From the NCBI GenBank assembly GCA_040377305.1, contig JBEIPA010000045.1:1-24982 (forward strand): a DNA stretch of 24,982 bases, written 5' to 3'. The translations under genes were made by a program, and so were the position numbers. The stretch's first letter is position 1. Every line of letters starts with the position of its first letter. The notes beneath the pieces are model-generated. The model did not search any database, had not been told where the DNA came from, and saw only the letters and a list, made by a program, of their open reading frames with translations. Positions 17,844 to 24,773 of the stretch are shown here, in pieces. This DNA comes from Flavobacteriales bacterium. GTDB lineage: Bacteria; Bacteroidota; Bacteroidia; Palsa-965.

Positions 17844-17977
17844 TTTCCGGTTCCTTGTTTTGTGAGAACCTAGATCTCGGCTTTTTTCTGCCGCAGATTC
17901 GCAGATTTCGCAGATTAATAATATTCGTTAAGTGAATTATTGCTTAAACGGGAAACGAGGAACTGGGAACTGGGAAC
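17843..17977. repeat. Composite intergenic repeat: inverted heptamer arms enclosing CGCAGATT x3
   Basis: GTTTCCGGTTCCTTGTTT (17843-17860) pairs with AAACGAGGAACTGGGAAC (17953-17970). CGCAGATT CGCAGATTT CGCAGATT lies at 17892-17916. Confidence 0.6.
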
Positions 17978-17980
17978 CAC

Positions 17981-17988
17981 TATCTTTG
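17981..17988 (+). promoter_or_regulatory. Bacteroidota -7 promoter element for psd
   Basis: TATCTTTG 16 nt upstream of the psd ATG. Confidence 0.6.
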
Positions 17989-18004
17989 CCCAAATTCTTA
18001 AACG

Positions 18005-18664
18005 ATGAAATTTCACCGCGAAGGCGCCTTTACAATTACGATGTGTATTCTTTTCGTTCTAACGGTTAACGTTGGAATGTGGTTCATTGATCCGTCTTTC
18101 GGCATCTGGAACATTTTTGCACTCGTGTTAACTCTAGGATTGCTCTACATCATCCTGCAGTTCTTCCGTAATCCGCCACGGGTTTCAAAAAATCTTCCGA
18201 ATTCCATTGTATCTCCGTGTGATGGAAAAGTGGTGGTAATTGAAGAAGTGGACGAGCCGGAATACTTCAAAGGCAAGTGTATTCAGATTTCTGTATTCAT
18301 GTCGCCATTCAATGTGCATGCAAACCGTTATCCGATTTCGGGAACAGTGGAGTACGCGAAATACCACAAAGGATTGTATCTCGTAGCATGGCATCCGAAG
18401 TCATCCACAGAGAACGAACGCACGACTGTTGTTGTGAAGGATGAGCATGGGCGCGAAGTGTTATTCCGTCAGATTGCCGGTGCATTGGCGAAACGAATTG
18501 TGTATTACTGCACGGTTGGTGATAAAGCGCAACAAGGTCACGAAATGGGCTTTATTAAATTCGGATCACGTTGCGACATTTTCCTTCCGCTTGGAACAAC
18601 AATTAATGTGAAGAAAGATGAAGTGGTGAAAGGTTCCGAGAGTGTGCTTGCGACTTTTGCCTAG
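18005..18664 (+). CDS. psd: Phosphatidylserine decarboxylase proenzyme (short type)
   Basis: N-terminal TM helices, FFRNPPR, SPCDGKVV, FMSPFNVHANRYP, ENER, QIAGALAKRI and the self-cleavage site FIKFG/SRCD. Confidence 0.95.
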   Translation: MKFHREGAFTITMCILFVLTVNVGMWFIDPSFGIWNIFALVLTLGLLYIILQFFRNPPRVSKNLPNSIVSPCDGKVVVIEEVDEPEYFKGKCIQISVFMSPFNVHANRYPISGTVEYAKYHKGLYLVAWHPKSSTENERTTVVVKDEHGREVLFRQIAGALAKRIVYYCTVGDKAQQGHEMGFIKFGSRCDIFLPLGTTINVKKDEVVKGSESVLATFA

Positions 18665-18697
18665 GCAACTACTGACGTTTTGTTGCGTCAACAGGAT

Positions 18698-19405
18698 ATG
18701 AGAAAAACCCATGGATTCCTGATGCTGTTGCTGTTGACCACAAGTTTTTTGGTGGCACAAGACAGCACTTCTACCCGACTGAAAATTGGATTGAATGCGT
18801 CTTCGGACTATTGCAGTTATTTGTTGTACGTCAACAATGAGCAGCAGGATTTCGGCGACATGTTTTTTACCGAAGAACCTTCCTTGGGCTGGAGTGTGGG
18901 CGCTATGGCTAGCTTAGGATTGAGCAAGAACTTTACTGTTACGGGAGGATTGCGTTACACAGACCACAGCATGGCGAATGGTCCGCATACTCTGTATGAC
19001 AGCAACCGAAATAAACTCGGAACATACACGTTCACTTATCACACCCGTTATATAGATGTGCCGATGGGCCTTCAATTTAATACCAATCAGGACAAACGCA
19101 TGTTCTTCATCGCGAATGCAACTATTGCTCCCGGTGTTGCGCTTGGTGAATGGAATGAGGTGGATTTCGAAGGCGAAGACACACTTGGAATCCGATCCAG
19201 CACTTCTAATGCAACGCCTGACAAGTTCAATTTTTTCAGTGCGAAAGCCGAACTGTATACAGGTCTGGGAGTAAATGTGGGGCGTTACCAAATTCAGGTC
19301 CTTCCTCAATTCAGATACGCTCTGTTTAAAGCAACTTCGGAGAGTTATATTAATCGTCGATATTGGTCCACCGGGCTTGAATTCCGTGTTCTTTACACTA
19401 TTTAA
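18698..19405 (+). CDS. Outer-membrane beta-barrel protein (PorT/OmpA-TM-like)
   Basis: Signal peptide, strands KIGLNAS, TGGLRY, YIDVPMGLQF, TGLGVN and PQFRY, and a C-terminal beta-signal-like WSTGLEFRVLYTI. Confidence 0.7.
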   Translation: MRKTHGFLMLLLLTTSFLVAQDSTSTRLKIGLNASSDYCSYLLYVNNEQQDFGDMFFTEEPSLGWSVGAMASLGLSKNFTVTGGLRYTDHSMANGPHTLYDSNRNKLGTYTFTYHTRYIDVPMGLQFNTNQDKRMFFIANATIAPGVALGEWNEVDFEGEDTLGIRSSTSNATPDKFNFFSAKAELYTGLGVNVGRYQIQVLPQFRYALFKATSESYINRRYWSTGLEFRVLYTI

Positions 19406-19492
19406 GAAGGTAATCCGATGCAGATGATGTTGTCTGGAACGCTTTTTGTTACCTTTATGCGTCGAACATTTCATCAAACACATCATACCATT

Positions 19493-19729
19493 ATGAAAAA
19501 ATTATTTGTAGCACTCGCACTTTTCGGAATGATCGGAAGTGTATCTGCAATCACGGTTTCTGCCGCTGGAAACACGAACATTGTTTCTGTAAAAGGCGAC
19601 AAGGGTGATAAAGAAAAAAAGAAAAAAAGAGGCAAGAAGAAAGACGCATGTTGCGCAACTGCTGATAGCACTAAGAAAGAAGGTTGTGCACCTGCAGGCG
19701 ACAAGAAAAAATGTTGCAGCGGACACTAA
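19493..19729 (+). CDS. Small exported Lys-rich, Cys-rich protein (78 aa)
   Basis: Signal peptide MKKLFVALALFGMIGSVSA, then KEKKKKRGKKKDACC...GC...KKKCCSGH. A TACCTTTA -7-like motif lies at about 19450 and a terminator follows. Confidence 0.75.
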   Translation: MKKLFVALALFGMIGSVSAITVSAAGNTNIVSVKGDKGDKEKKKKRGKKKDACCATADSTKKEGCAPAGDKKKCCSGH

Positions 19730-19747
19730 TCGCAATTAACATCACAT

Positions 19748-19787
19748 GAAAGCCCTTTGTAAAAAATACAAAGGGCTTTTCATTTTT
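19748..19787 (+). terminator. Intrinsic terminator
   Basis: AAAGCCCTTTGTA-AAAAA-TACAAAGGGCTTTTCATTTTT. Confidence 0.8.
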
Positions 19788-19827
19788 AGTCACATAATCA
19801 ACTATCTTTCTGGAGCACACCACTTCC

Positions 19828-20187
19828 ATGCACACAGCGGCAGATTTTGAAATTGAGATTCTGGACATCGTGAAGTCCGCTAGTGACATTACTGTCTTAT
19901 TCGACAAGCGGTTGAACTATGTAGCCCTGAATGCGGCCGCACTTCGTCACCTTAAGATGGCGGAAGAAGAACTGATTGGGCGTTGTATTCTTGACCTATT
20001 TCCTCATTTGATTGCCTCTCCCAATCATAAGAATCTTCTGCGGGCACTTGAGGGTGAGTCTATCATGAATTTCGAATTGAAAAGCATGAATGGGGTTCTG
20101 TTCAAAACGAGTTACATTCCGATATTACCCGATGGATTAATCAAAGGAATCCTCGTAAATGCGCAAAAAATCGAGAATGCTGCGTAG
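19828..20187 (+). CDS. Stand-alone PAS domain protein
   Basis: ITVLFDKRLNYVALNAAALRHLKMAEEELIGRCILDLFP...RALEGES...YIPI..DGLIKGIL matches the PAS_4 pattern. There is no output domain. Confidence 0.75.
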   Translation: MHTAADFEIEILDIVKSASDITVLFDKRLNYVALNAAALRHLKMAEEELIGRCILDLFPHLIASPNHKNLLRALEGESIMNFELKSMNGVLFKTSYIPILPDGLIKGILVNAQKIENAA

Positions 20188-20304
20188 CTCACCGCAACCT
20201 TCTGACAATTCCCCGATATTTTTTTAACATTTCTCGCTAGCATGTCGGGTTTATTCTATTTTTGGTTGCCTTCTTCGCACAAGGCAATAACCAAACCTAT
20301 ACCC

Positions 20305-22584
20305 ATGAAACGAACGTTTACCAGACTATTTGCAATGGCCTGTTGCTTGTTAAGCACAACGTTATTTGCACAATTAACTCCAGAAGTTCTTTATTACGAT
20401 TTTAATGGCAGCGGAACGACCGTTCCTAATCTTGCATCTGCGCCTCCTCCCGGCACCGCTACTGCAAACATTATGGGCGGAGTAACTCAGGGTGGTTCGG
20501 GTATCTGCAACGGAACGCTGATTGGCACAGGACTTTCCTCAACCACTGATTACCTAAACACAGGTTGGGCTCCCAATATTGGCACTGGCTCGTGGACAAT
20601 TGCATGGCGTTCAGAAGGAATTTCAACCAACTCCACGCTATACTACATCTTTGGAGATGCAAATACAGCTTCCTTCCGTTGCTTTACAAATGGTATCGCA
20701 GGTTCAACCAACTGGGTGATACGTGGTGGCGGACTAACCGACACGTACATTAATGGCGGAGCACTTACAACCTCAACACACTGTGCGTATGTATACGACG
20801 CAGCACTGAACGAGGTACGTGGTTACCTCAATGGTGTACTGGTGACGACAGTTGCTCAGACCGCACCAAACCTTACAGGTGTTGGTCCATTTAAAGTAAT
20901 GGGATACGGAAGTAACGTTGGTGCTCCTTCAGGTGGAATGCTGGATGAATTCCGAGTTTATAGCCGTGCTCTTAACGGTGCAGAAATTGCTCAACTGAAC
21001 AATCCATTTACACCTTCTGGTTTCTCTGGGCTGGACGTCAATTTCTGCACAGGAAACAGCGTTACCCTAAACGTTGGTAACTGGCCAACCTCCACTGTAG
21101 CATGGTCTACCGGATCGACATTCGACACCACAATGGTTTCTAATCCGGGTACATACGTAGTTTCAGTTTCTGGTGATTGTGGGTCTGGCAACGACACCAT
21201 CACGGTGAACGACACACGTACAACATCTTCGATTAACGCGATTATTTGTGGGGGATCGTACACTGCGCCAAGTGGGGCTGTGTATACAATGTCAGGTACT
21301 TATATCGACACGATCCAAAACGTTGCACTATGCGATAGTTTAATTACAATCAACCTAACAGCTGGATTACCAACGACGAGCAGTTTCTCTGCAGTGGCTT
21401 GTGAAATGTACACAACTCCGAGCGGGAACATGGTCATGAGTTCAGGTACCGTGATTGACACTATACCCAACTATCTTGGCTGCGATAGTATAATGACAAT
21501 TGCGGTCACGATTAATATGCCAACAACCTCAACATTCAGTGCTACGGCGTGTGGGATGTATACTACACCTAGCGGAGCAATGGTAATGTCAAGCGGAATG
21601 GTTATGGATACGATCGCTAACGCACTTGGTTGTGATAGTATCATGACCATTAACGTGACTATTAATTCAGCTACAACTGCAAGCATCAGCGCTTCGGCCT
21701 GCGACATGTATACCGCTCCAAGCGGCGCGATGTACACATCGGGCGGAACGTATTTGGATACGATTGCAAACATGGTTGGTTGCGACAGCGTGATCACAAT
21801 AAACCTTACGATCACGAACAGCACTACATCTACCATGTCGGCATCTGCATGCGATAGCTACTCTGCTCCAAGCGGTGCAGTGTTTACAGCATCAGGAATG
21901 TACATGGATACTATTACCAACATGGCTGGTTGCGATAGCGTGATCACGATTAACCTAACGATCATGAATAGTACAACTGCAAGTATGAACGCTTCAACCT
22001 GCGGAGACCCGTTTACCGCGCCTAGTGGTGCTATATATACAACCTCAGGAACTTTCCTGGATACTATTCCAAATATGATGGGTTGTGACAGTGTAATTAC
22101 GATTACGTTGACGGTAACGAATGTCAATGCGGGTGCAACAGTTTCGGGAGCAACCTGTACAGCGACAGGCCTGGGTTCTTCATTCCAGTGGTTGGATTGT
22201 AACGGAATGACTCCAATTGCAGGGGCAACCGCTAACATATACAACGCAACTGCGAATGGAAGCTATTGTGTTGTGATCACGAACGGATCTTGTGTTGACA
22301 CATCAAACTGTGTTACGGTTGCGGTAGGAATTGAGGAGAATGCATTTGCTTCTTCAATCACACTTTACCCGAACCCGAACTCCGGAAACTTCACGATCAA
22401 TTTTGGCAACACTTACGAAGATGTAACGGTTGTGATCACTGATCTTGCTGGTCGCGTAGTTTATTCTCACATGGAGAACAGCACAAACATGATTCCGGTT
22501 CAGCTTGACGCTGCAGCTGGTGCGTATGTGGTGATTGTTACCTCTGGTGAAAATCGCGCGACATTCCGTGTGAATAAGGACTAA
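20305..22584 (+). CDS. T9SS-secreted protein: LamG/concanavalin-like N-terminal domain, six 50-aa Cys-pair repeats, C-terminal T9SS type-A sorting domain
   Basis: Signal peptide MKRTFTRLFAMACCLLSTTLFAQ. The LamG-like segment is LYYDFN...THCAYVYD...YLNGVL...MLDEFRVYSRALNGAEI, and the CTD is ITLYPNPNSGNFTI...DLAGRVV...GAYVV...FRVNKD. Confidence 0.88.
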   Translation: MKRTFTRLFAMACCLLSTTLFAQLTPEVLYYDFNGSGTTVPNLASAPPPGTATANIMGGVTQGGSGICNGTLIGTGLSSTTDYLNTGWAPNIGTGSWTIAWRSEGISTNSTLYYIFGDANTASFRCFTNGIAGSTNWVIRGGGLTDTYINGGALTTSTHCAYVYDAALNEVRGYLNGVLVTTVAQTAPNLTGVGPFKVMGYGSNVGAPSGGMLDEFRVYSRALNGAEIAQLNNPFTPSGFSGLDVNFCTGNSVTLNVGNWPTSTVAWSTGSTFDTTMVSNPGTYVVSVSGDCGSGNDTITVNDTRTTSSINAIICGGSYTAPSGAVYTMSGTYIDTIQNVALCDSLITINLTAGLPTTSSFSAVACEMYTTPSGNMVMSSGTVIDTIPNYLGCDSIMTIAVTINMPTTSTFSATACGMYTTPSGAMVMSSGMVMDTIANALGCDSIMTINVTINSATTASISASACDMYTAPSGAMYTSGGTYLDTIANMVGCDSVITINLTITNSTTSTMSASACDSYSAPSGAVFTASGMYMDTITNMAGCDSVITINLTIMNSTTASMNASTCGDPFTAPSGAIYTTSGTFLDTIPNMMGCDSVITITLTVTNVNAGATVSGATCTATGLGSSFQWLDCNGMTPIAGATANIYNATANGSYCVVITNGSCVDTSNCVTVAVGIEENAFASSITLYPNPNSGNFTINFGNTYEDVTVVITDLAGRVVYSHMENSTNMIPVQLDAAAGAYVVIVTSGENRATFRVNKD
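21220..22128 (+). repeat. Six coding repeats of about 150 nt (about 50 aa)
   Basis: Consensus TTSxxSAxACxxYTAPSGAxxTxSGxYxDTIxNxxGCDSVITINLTI. Confidence 0.9.
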
Positions 22585-22604
22585 GAGAATTTTCTTCTCA
22601 AAAG

Positions 22605-22638
22605 AAAAGCGGCGCTCGAAAGAGTTGCCGCTTTTTTT
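22605..22638 (+). terminator. Intrinsic terminator after T9SS cargo gene
   Basis: AAAAGCGGCGCTC-GAAA-GAGTTGCCGCTTTTTTT. Confidence 0.8.
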
Positions 22639-22662
22639 ATTCCAATTAAGAACACCCACGTT

Positions 22663-22768
22663 ACGATTAGATGATTGGATTATTCAATGATAGGATGCGT
22701 TGAGGACAAAATCTCGTTAGTCCACGCAATGGCTATCCTATCATCTGATCATTCTATCATCCCATCAT
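22663..22768. repeat. Inverted pair of degenerate octamer (ATGATAGG-like) tandem arrays
   Basis: The left arm is ACGATTAG ATGATTGG ATTATTCA ATGATAGG and the right arm is CCTATCAT CTGATCAT TCTATCAT CCCATCAT. The core ATGATAGGAT (22687-22696) / ATCCTATCAT (22735-22744) is a perfect inverted pair. Confidence 0.65.
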
Positions 22769-23778
22769 CAATCCAACTCTTCGAGAATAAACGTAATCGG
22801 CAAGTGGTCACTGAAGCCTTTTTCATCGACATCATCACTCGGTTTTCCGAAACGCTTCGGTGTTTTATAATCGCCTTTCACCAGTTCGGTAACATGATCG
22901 AGAATGTCTGTAGCTCCGGCTTTGAACTTTGTTGTTGCATGGTCAATGGCAATCGCGCGATTCACTAAAAACTGATCGAGCAGATTTTTCTCCCCGCTAT
23001 ACACAAACGTGCCTCTGTTTTCACCGCGATGTTTCCACATGAGGTTATACAAATATGGAACGCGACATTTTTCACCAAATGCGATCTGCGGTTTTCTCGC
23101 ATTCTGAATCTTCGCAAGACTGTCAGTAGCCAGCGCATATTCCATAAGTGAACGATTAAACGGTTCGTCGTTGAAGTCGCCCATGCAGATCACCGGCATT
23201 CCTTCTCCTTTCAATTCGTGAATACGCTGAATCCAGTAACTCAGTGTTTCTGCAACGAGAATGCGAAATGGTTCACTTTCATATTGTCCGGCAGAACGCG
23301 CGGGCCAGTGATTTCCGATGAGAATAAATTGTCGCTTCGATTTTTTCACAGTGAAAGTCACTTGTAACAAATCGCGCGTTGCAGTTCGTTTCATTACCGC
23401 TGCAGAAAAGATATCCTTCTTTGAAACTGAATACAATTTCGTGTCGTATGCAAATGCGATGTCGATTCCGCGCTCATCTTTGCTGTCAATGTGCACAACA
23501 TCGTACTTACGCTTGTTGCCACCTTTGTTCATCGCTGCACAAAGCGCCTCTACAACTTTTTTGTTTTCGATTTCGCAGAAGCCGATGATATCGGGTCCGG
23601 TGCCTGCATTCATTCCGTTGATGATGCGCGCCTGATTGGTGAGTTTTTTATCGAGGAGGGTTTGGTCCCATCCTTTGAGATAGTTTTTGAGTTGGTTCTG
23701 TACCCATTCAGGGCGGTCTTTTGAGTTCTCGATGTCGAAGAGGTTTTCGAGGTTCCAGAATGCGAGGAAGTGGTTCAT
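22768..23778 (-). CDS. Endonuclease/exonuclease/phosphatase (EEP) family protein, no signal peptide
   Basis: Motifs FWNLENLFD, IIGFCEIEN, DERGID, NHWPAR, MGDFND, LLDQF and FSDHLP. Confidence 0.92.
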   Translation of the reverse strand: MNHFLAFWNLENLFDIENSKDRPEWVQNQLKNYLKGWDQTLLDKKLTNQARIINGMNAGTGPDIIGFCEIENKKVVEALCAAMNKGGNKRKYDVVHIDSKDERGIDIAFAYDTKLYSVSKKDIFSAAVMKRTATRDLLQVTFTVKKSKRQFILIGNHWPARSAGQYESEPFRILVAETLSYWIQRIHELKGEGMPVICMGDFNDEPFNRSLMEYALATDSLAKIQNARKPQIAFGEKCRVPYLYNLMWKHRGENRGTFVYSGEKNLLDQFLVNRAIAIDHATTKFKAGATDILDHVTELVKGDYKTPKRFGKPSDDVDEKGFSDHLPITFILEELD

Positions 23779-23807
23779 GGATTTGGGTTTGGATTTTTGG
23801 TTTTATC

Positions 23808-23950
23808 AACCCCGCAAGAGTTTAACTCCTGCAGGGTACGCGCGCGCACGAGAATACGAAATAAATTTTGCGCTAGTCGGGAGTAAACGGATAAAATTAA
23901 GAATTCAAGCAAATCTGTTTACCCGCAAGATTTTAACTCCTGATGGGTGT
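23808..23950 (-). repeat. Two inverted copies of the RAYT-associated palindrome
   Basis: The reverse complement of 23808-23837 is ACCCTGCAGGAGTTAAACTCTTGCGGGGTT, 28/30 identical to the array unit. The reverse complement of 23920-23950 is ACACCCATCAGGAGTTAAAATCTTGCGGGTA, a more degenerate copy. Confidence 0.85.
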
Positions 23951-23960
23951 GGCTGCTAGC

Positions 23961-24030
23961 CGACAACAACCGTTTACAAATACTTACAAACGTTTACAAA
24001 CGACTACAAACACTTACAAACGACTATAAG
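23961..24030 (+). repeat. 10-bp-period tandem repeat, 7 copies (nnnnTACAAA-like)
   Basis: CGACAACAAC CGTTTACAAA TACTTACAAA CGTTTACAAA CGACTACAAA CACTTACAAA CGACTATAAG. Confidence 0.85.
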
Positions 24031-24095
24031 TATTTGAAAACGCCTGTTCTCAATTGGTATGAGTTGATTTACGAAACAATTAAACTTAAATAAAA

Positions 24096-24773
24096 ATGGA
24101 AAAAAGACCTGCCTTTATCGAAAATCAAATTTATCATGTGTACAATCGTTGCAATGGATATGAACCAATATTCAGGAACTTCGGCAACTACGATCACTTT
24201 TTAAGAAAGTACCATGAATACCTCGATCCTTACTGGGAAACATTAACCTACTGTCTCATGCCCACACACTTTCATGTAATGATTAAAGTCAAGAATCAAC
24301 CGCCAGAAAAATCACCTGCATCGGACTTTTGCATTAAGGCCTATTCTGATTTTTGTAATTCTTACGTCCAGGCTTTCAATAAGCAACATTCACGCAAAGG
24401 CAGTTTATTTATGCGAAACTTTAAACGAAAAGTTGTTCCCGATGAAATATATCAGCGCCAACTTATCTGCTATATACACAACAATCCGGTGAAAGATGGC
24501 TATGTAAAAACACCTCAAGAATGGCATCATAGTTCGTTCCATGAATTGAACCAGATGAATGGAGAGGAAGCACGCCAAAATCAGATTATTCAGAGGTTCG
24601 GCACAAAAGATGATTTTGTTCATGCACATGTTGCAGAAATCAGCCCAGGCTCAATCAACATCAAAAGTGAAAACGTGATTCAACACGATTTATTTGGGAG
24701 CTCGGTATACATGCGAATGCCTCCTATCGATGTTCGACTGCACAATGATGAGAATTACAGGCAAGCCGGTTAG
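24096..24773 (+). CDS. REP-associated tyrosine transposase (RAYT/TnpA-REP-like HUH Y1 endonuclease)
   Basis: Motifs YHVYNR, IFRNFGNYDHFL, YCLMPTHFHVMI (HUH), RKGSLF and YIHNNPVK...EWHHSS (catalytic Tyr with the RAYT-type NP motif). The gene is flanked by palindromic repeats on both sides. Confidence 0.9.
   Translation: MEKRPAFIENQIYHVYNRCNGYEPIFRNFGNYDHFLRKYHEYLDPYWETLTYCLMPTHFHVMIKVKNQPPEKSPASDFCIKAYSDFCNSYVQAFNKQHSRKGSLFMRNFKRKVVPDEIYQRQLICYIHNNPVKDGYVKTPQEWHHSSFHELNQMNGEEARQNQIIQRFGTKDDFVHAHVAEISPGSINIKSENVIQHDLFGSSVYMRMPPIDVRLHNDENYRQAG

Noticed and set aside
18914-19486. 190-aa minus-strand ORF
   Set aside because: It is antisense to a beta-barrel gene that has a clear signal peptide and C-terminal strand, and it has no motifs of its own.
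20991-22244. Repetitive minus-strand ORFs (20991-21263, 21471-21836, 21858-22244)
   Set aside because: They are antisense shadows of the repeat-containing T9SS protein.
23687-23959. 90-aa ORF upstream of the RAYT gene
   Set aside because: It overlaps the EEP start antisense and reads through both REP copies, so it is most likely spurious.
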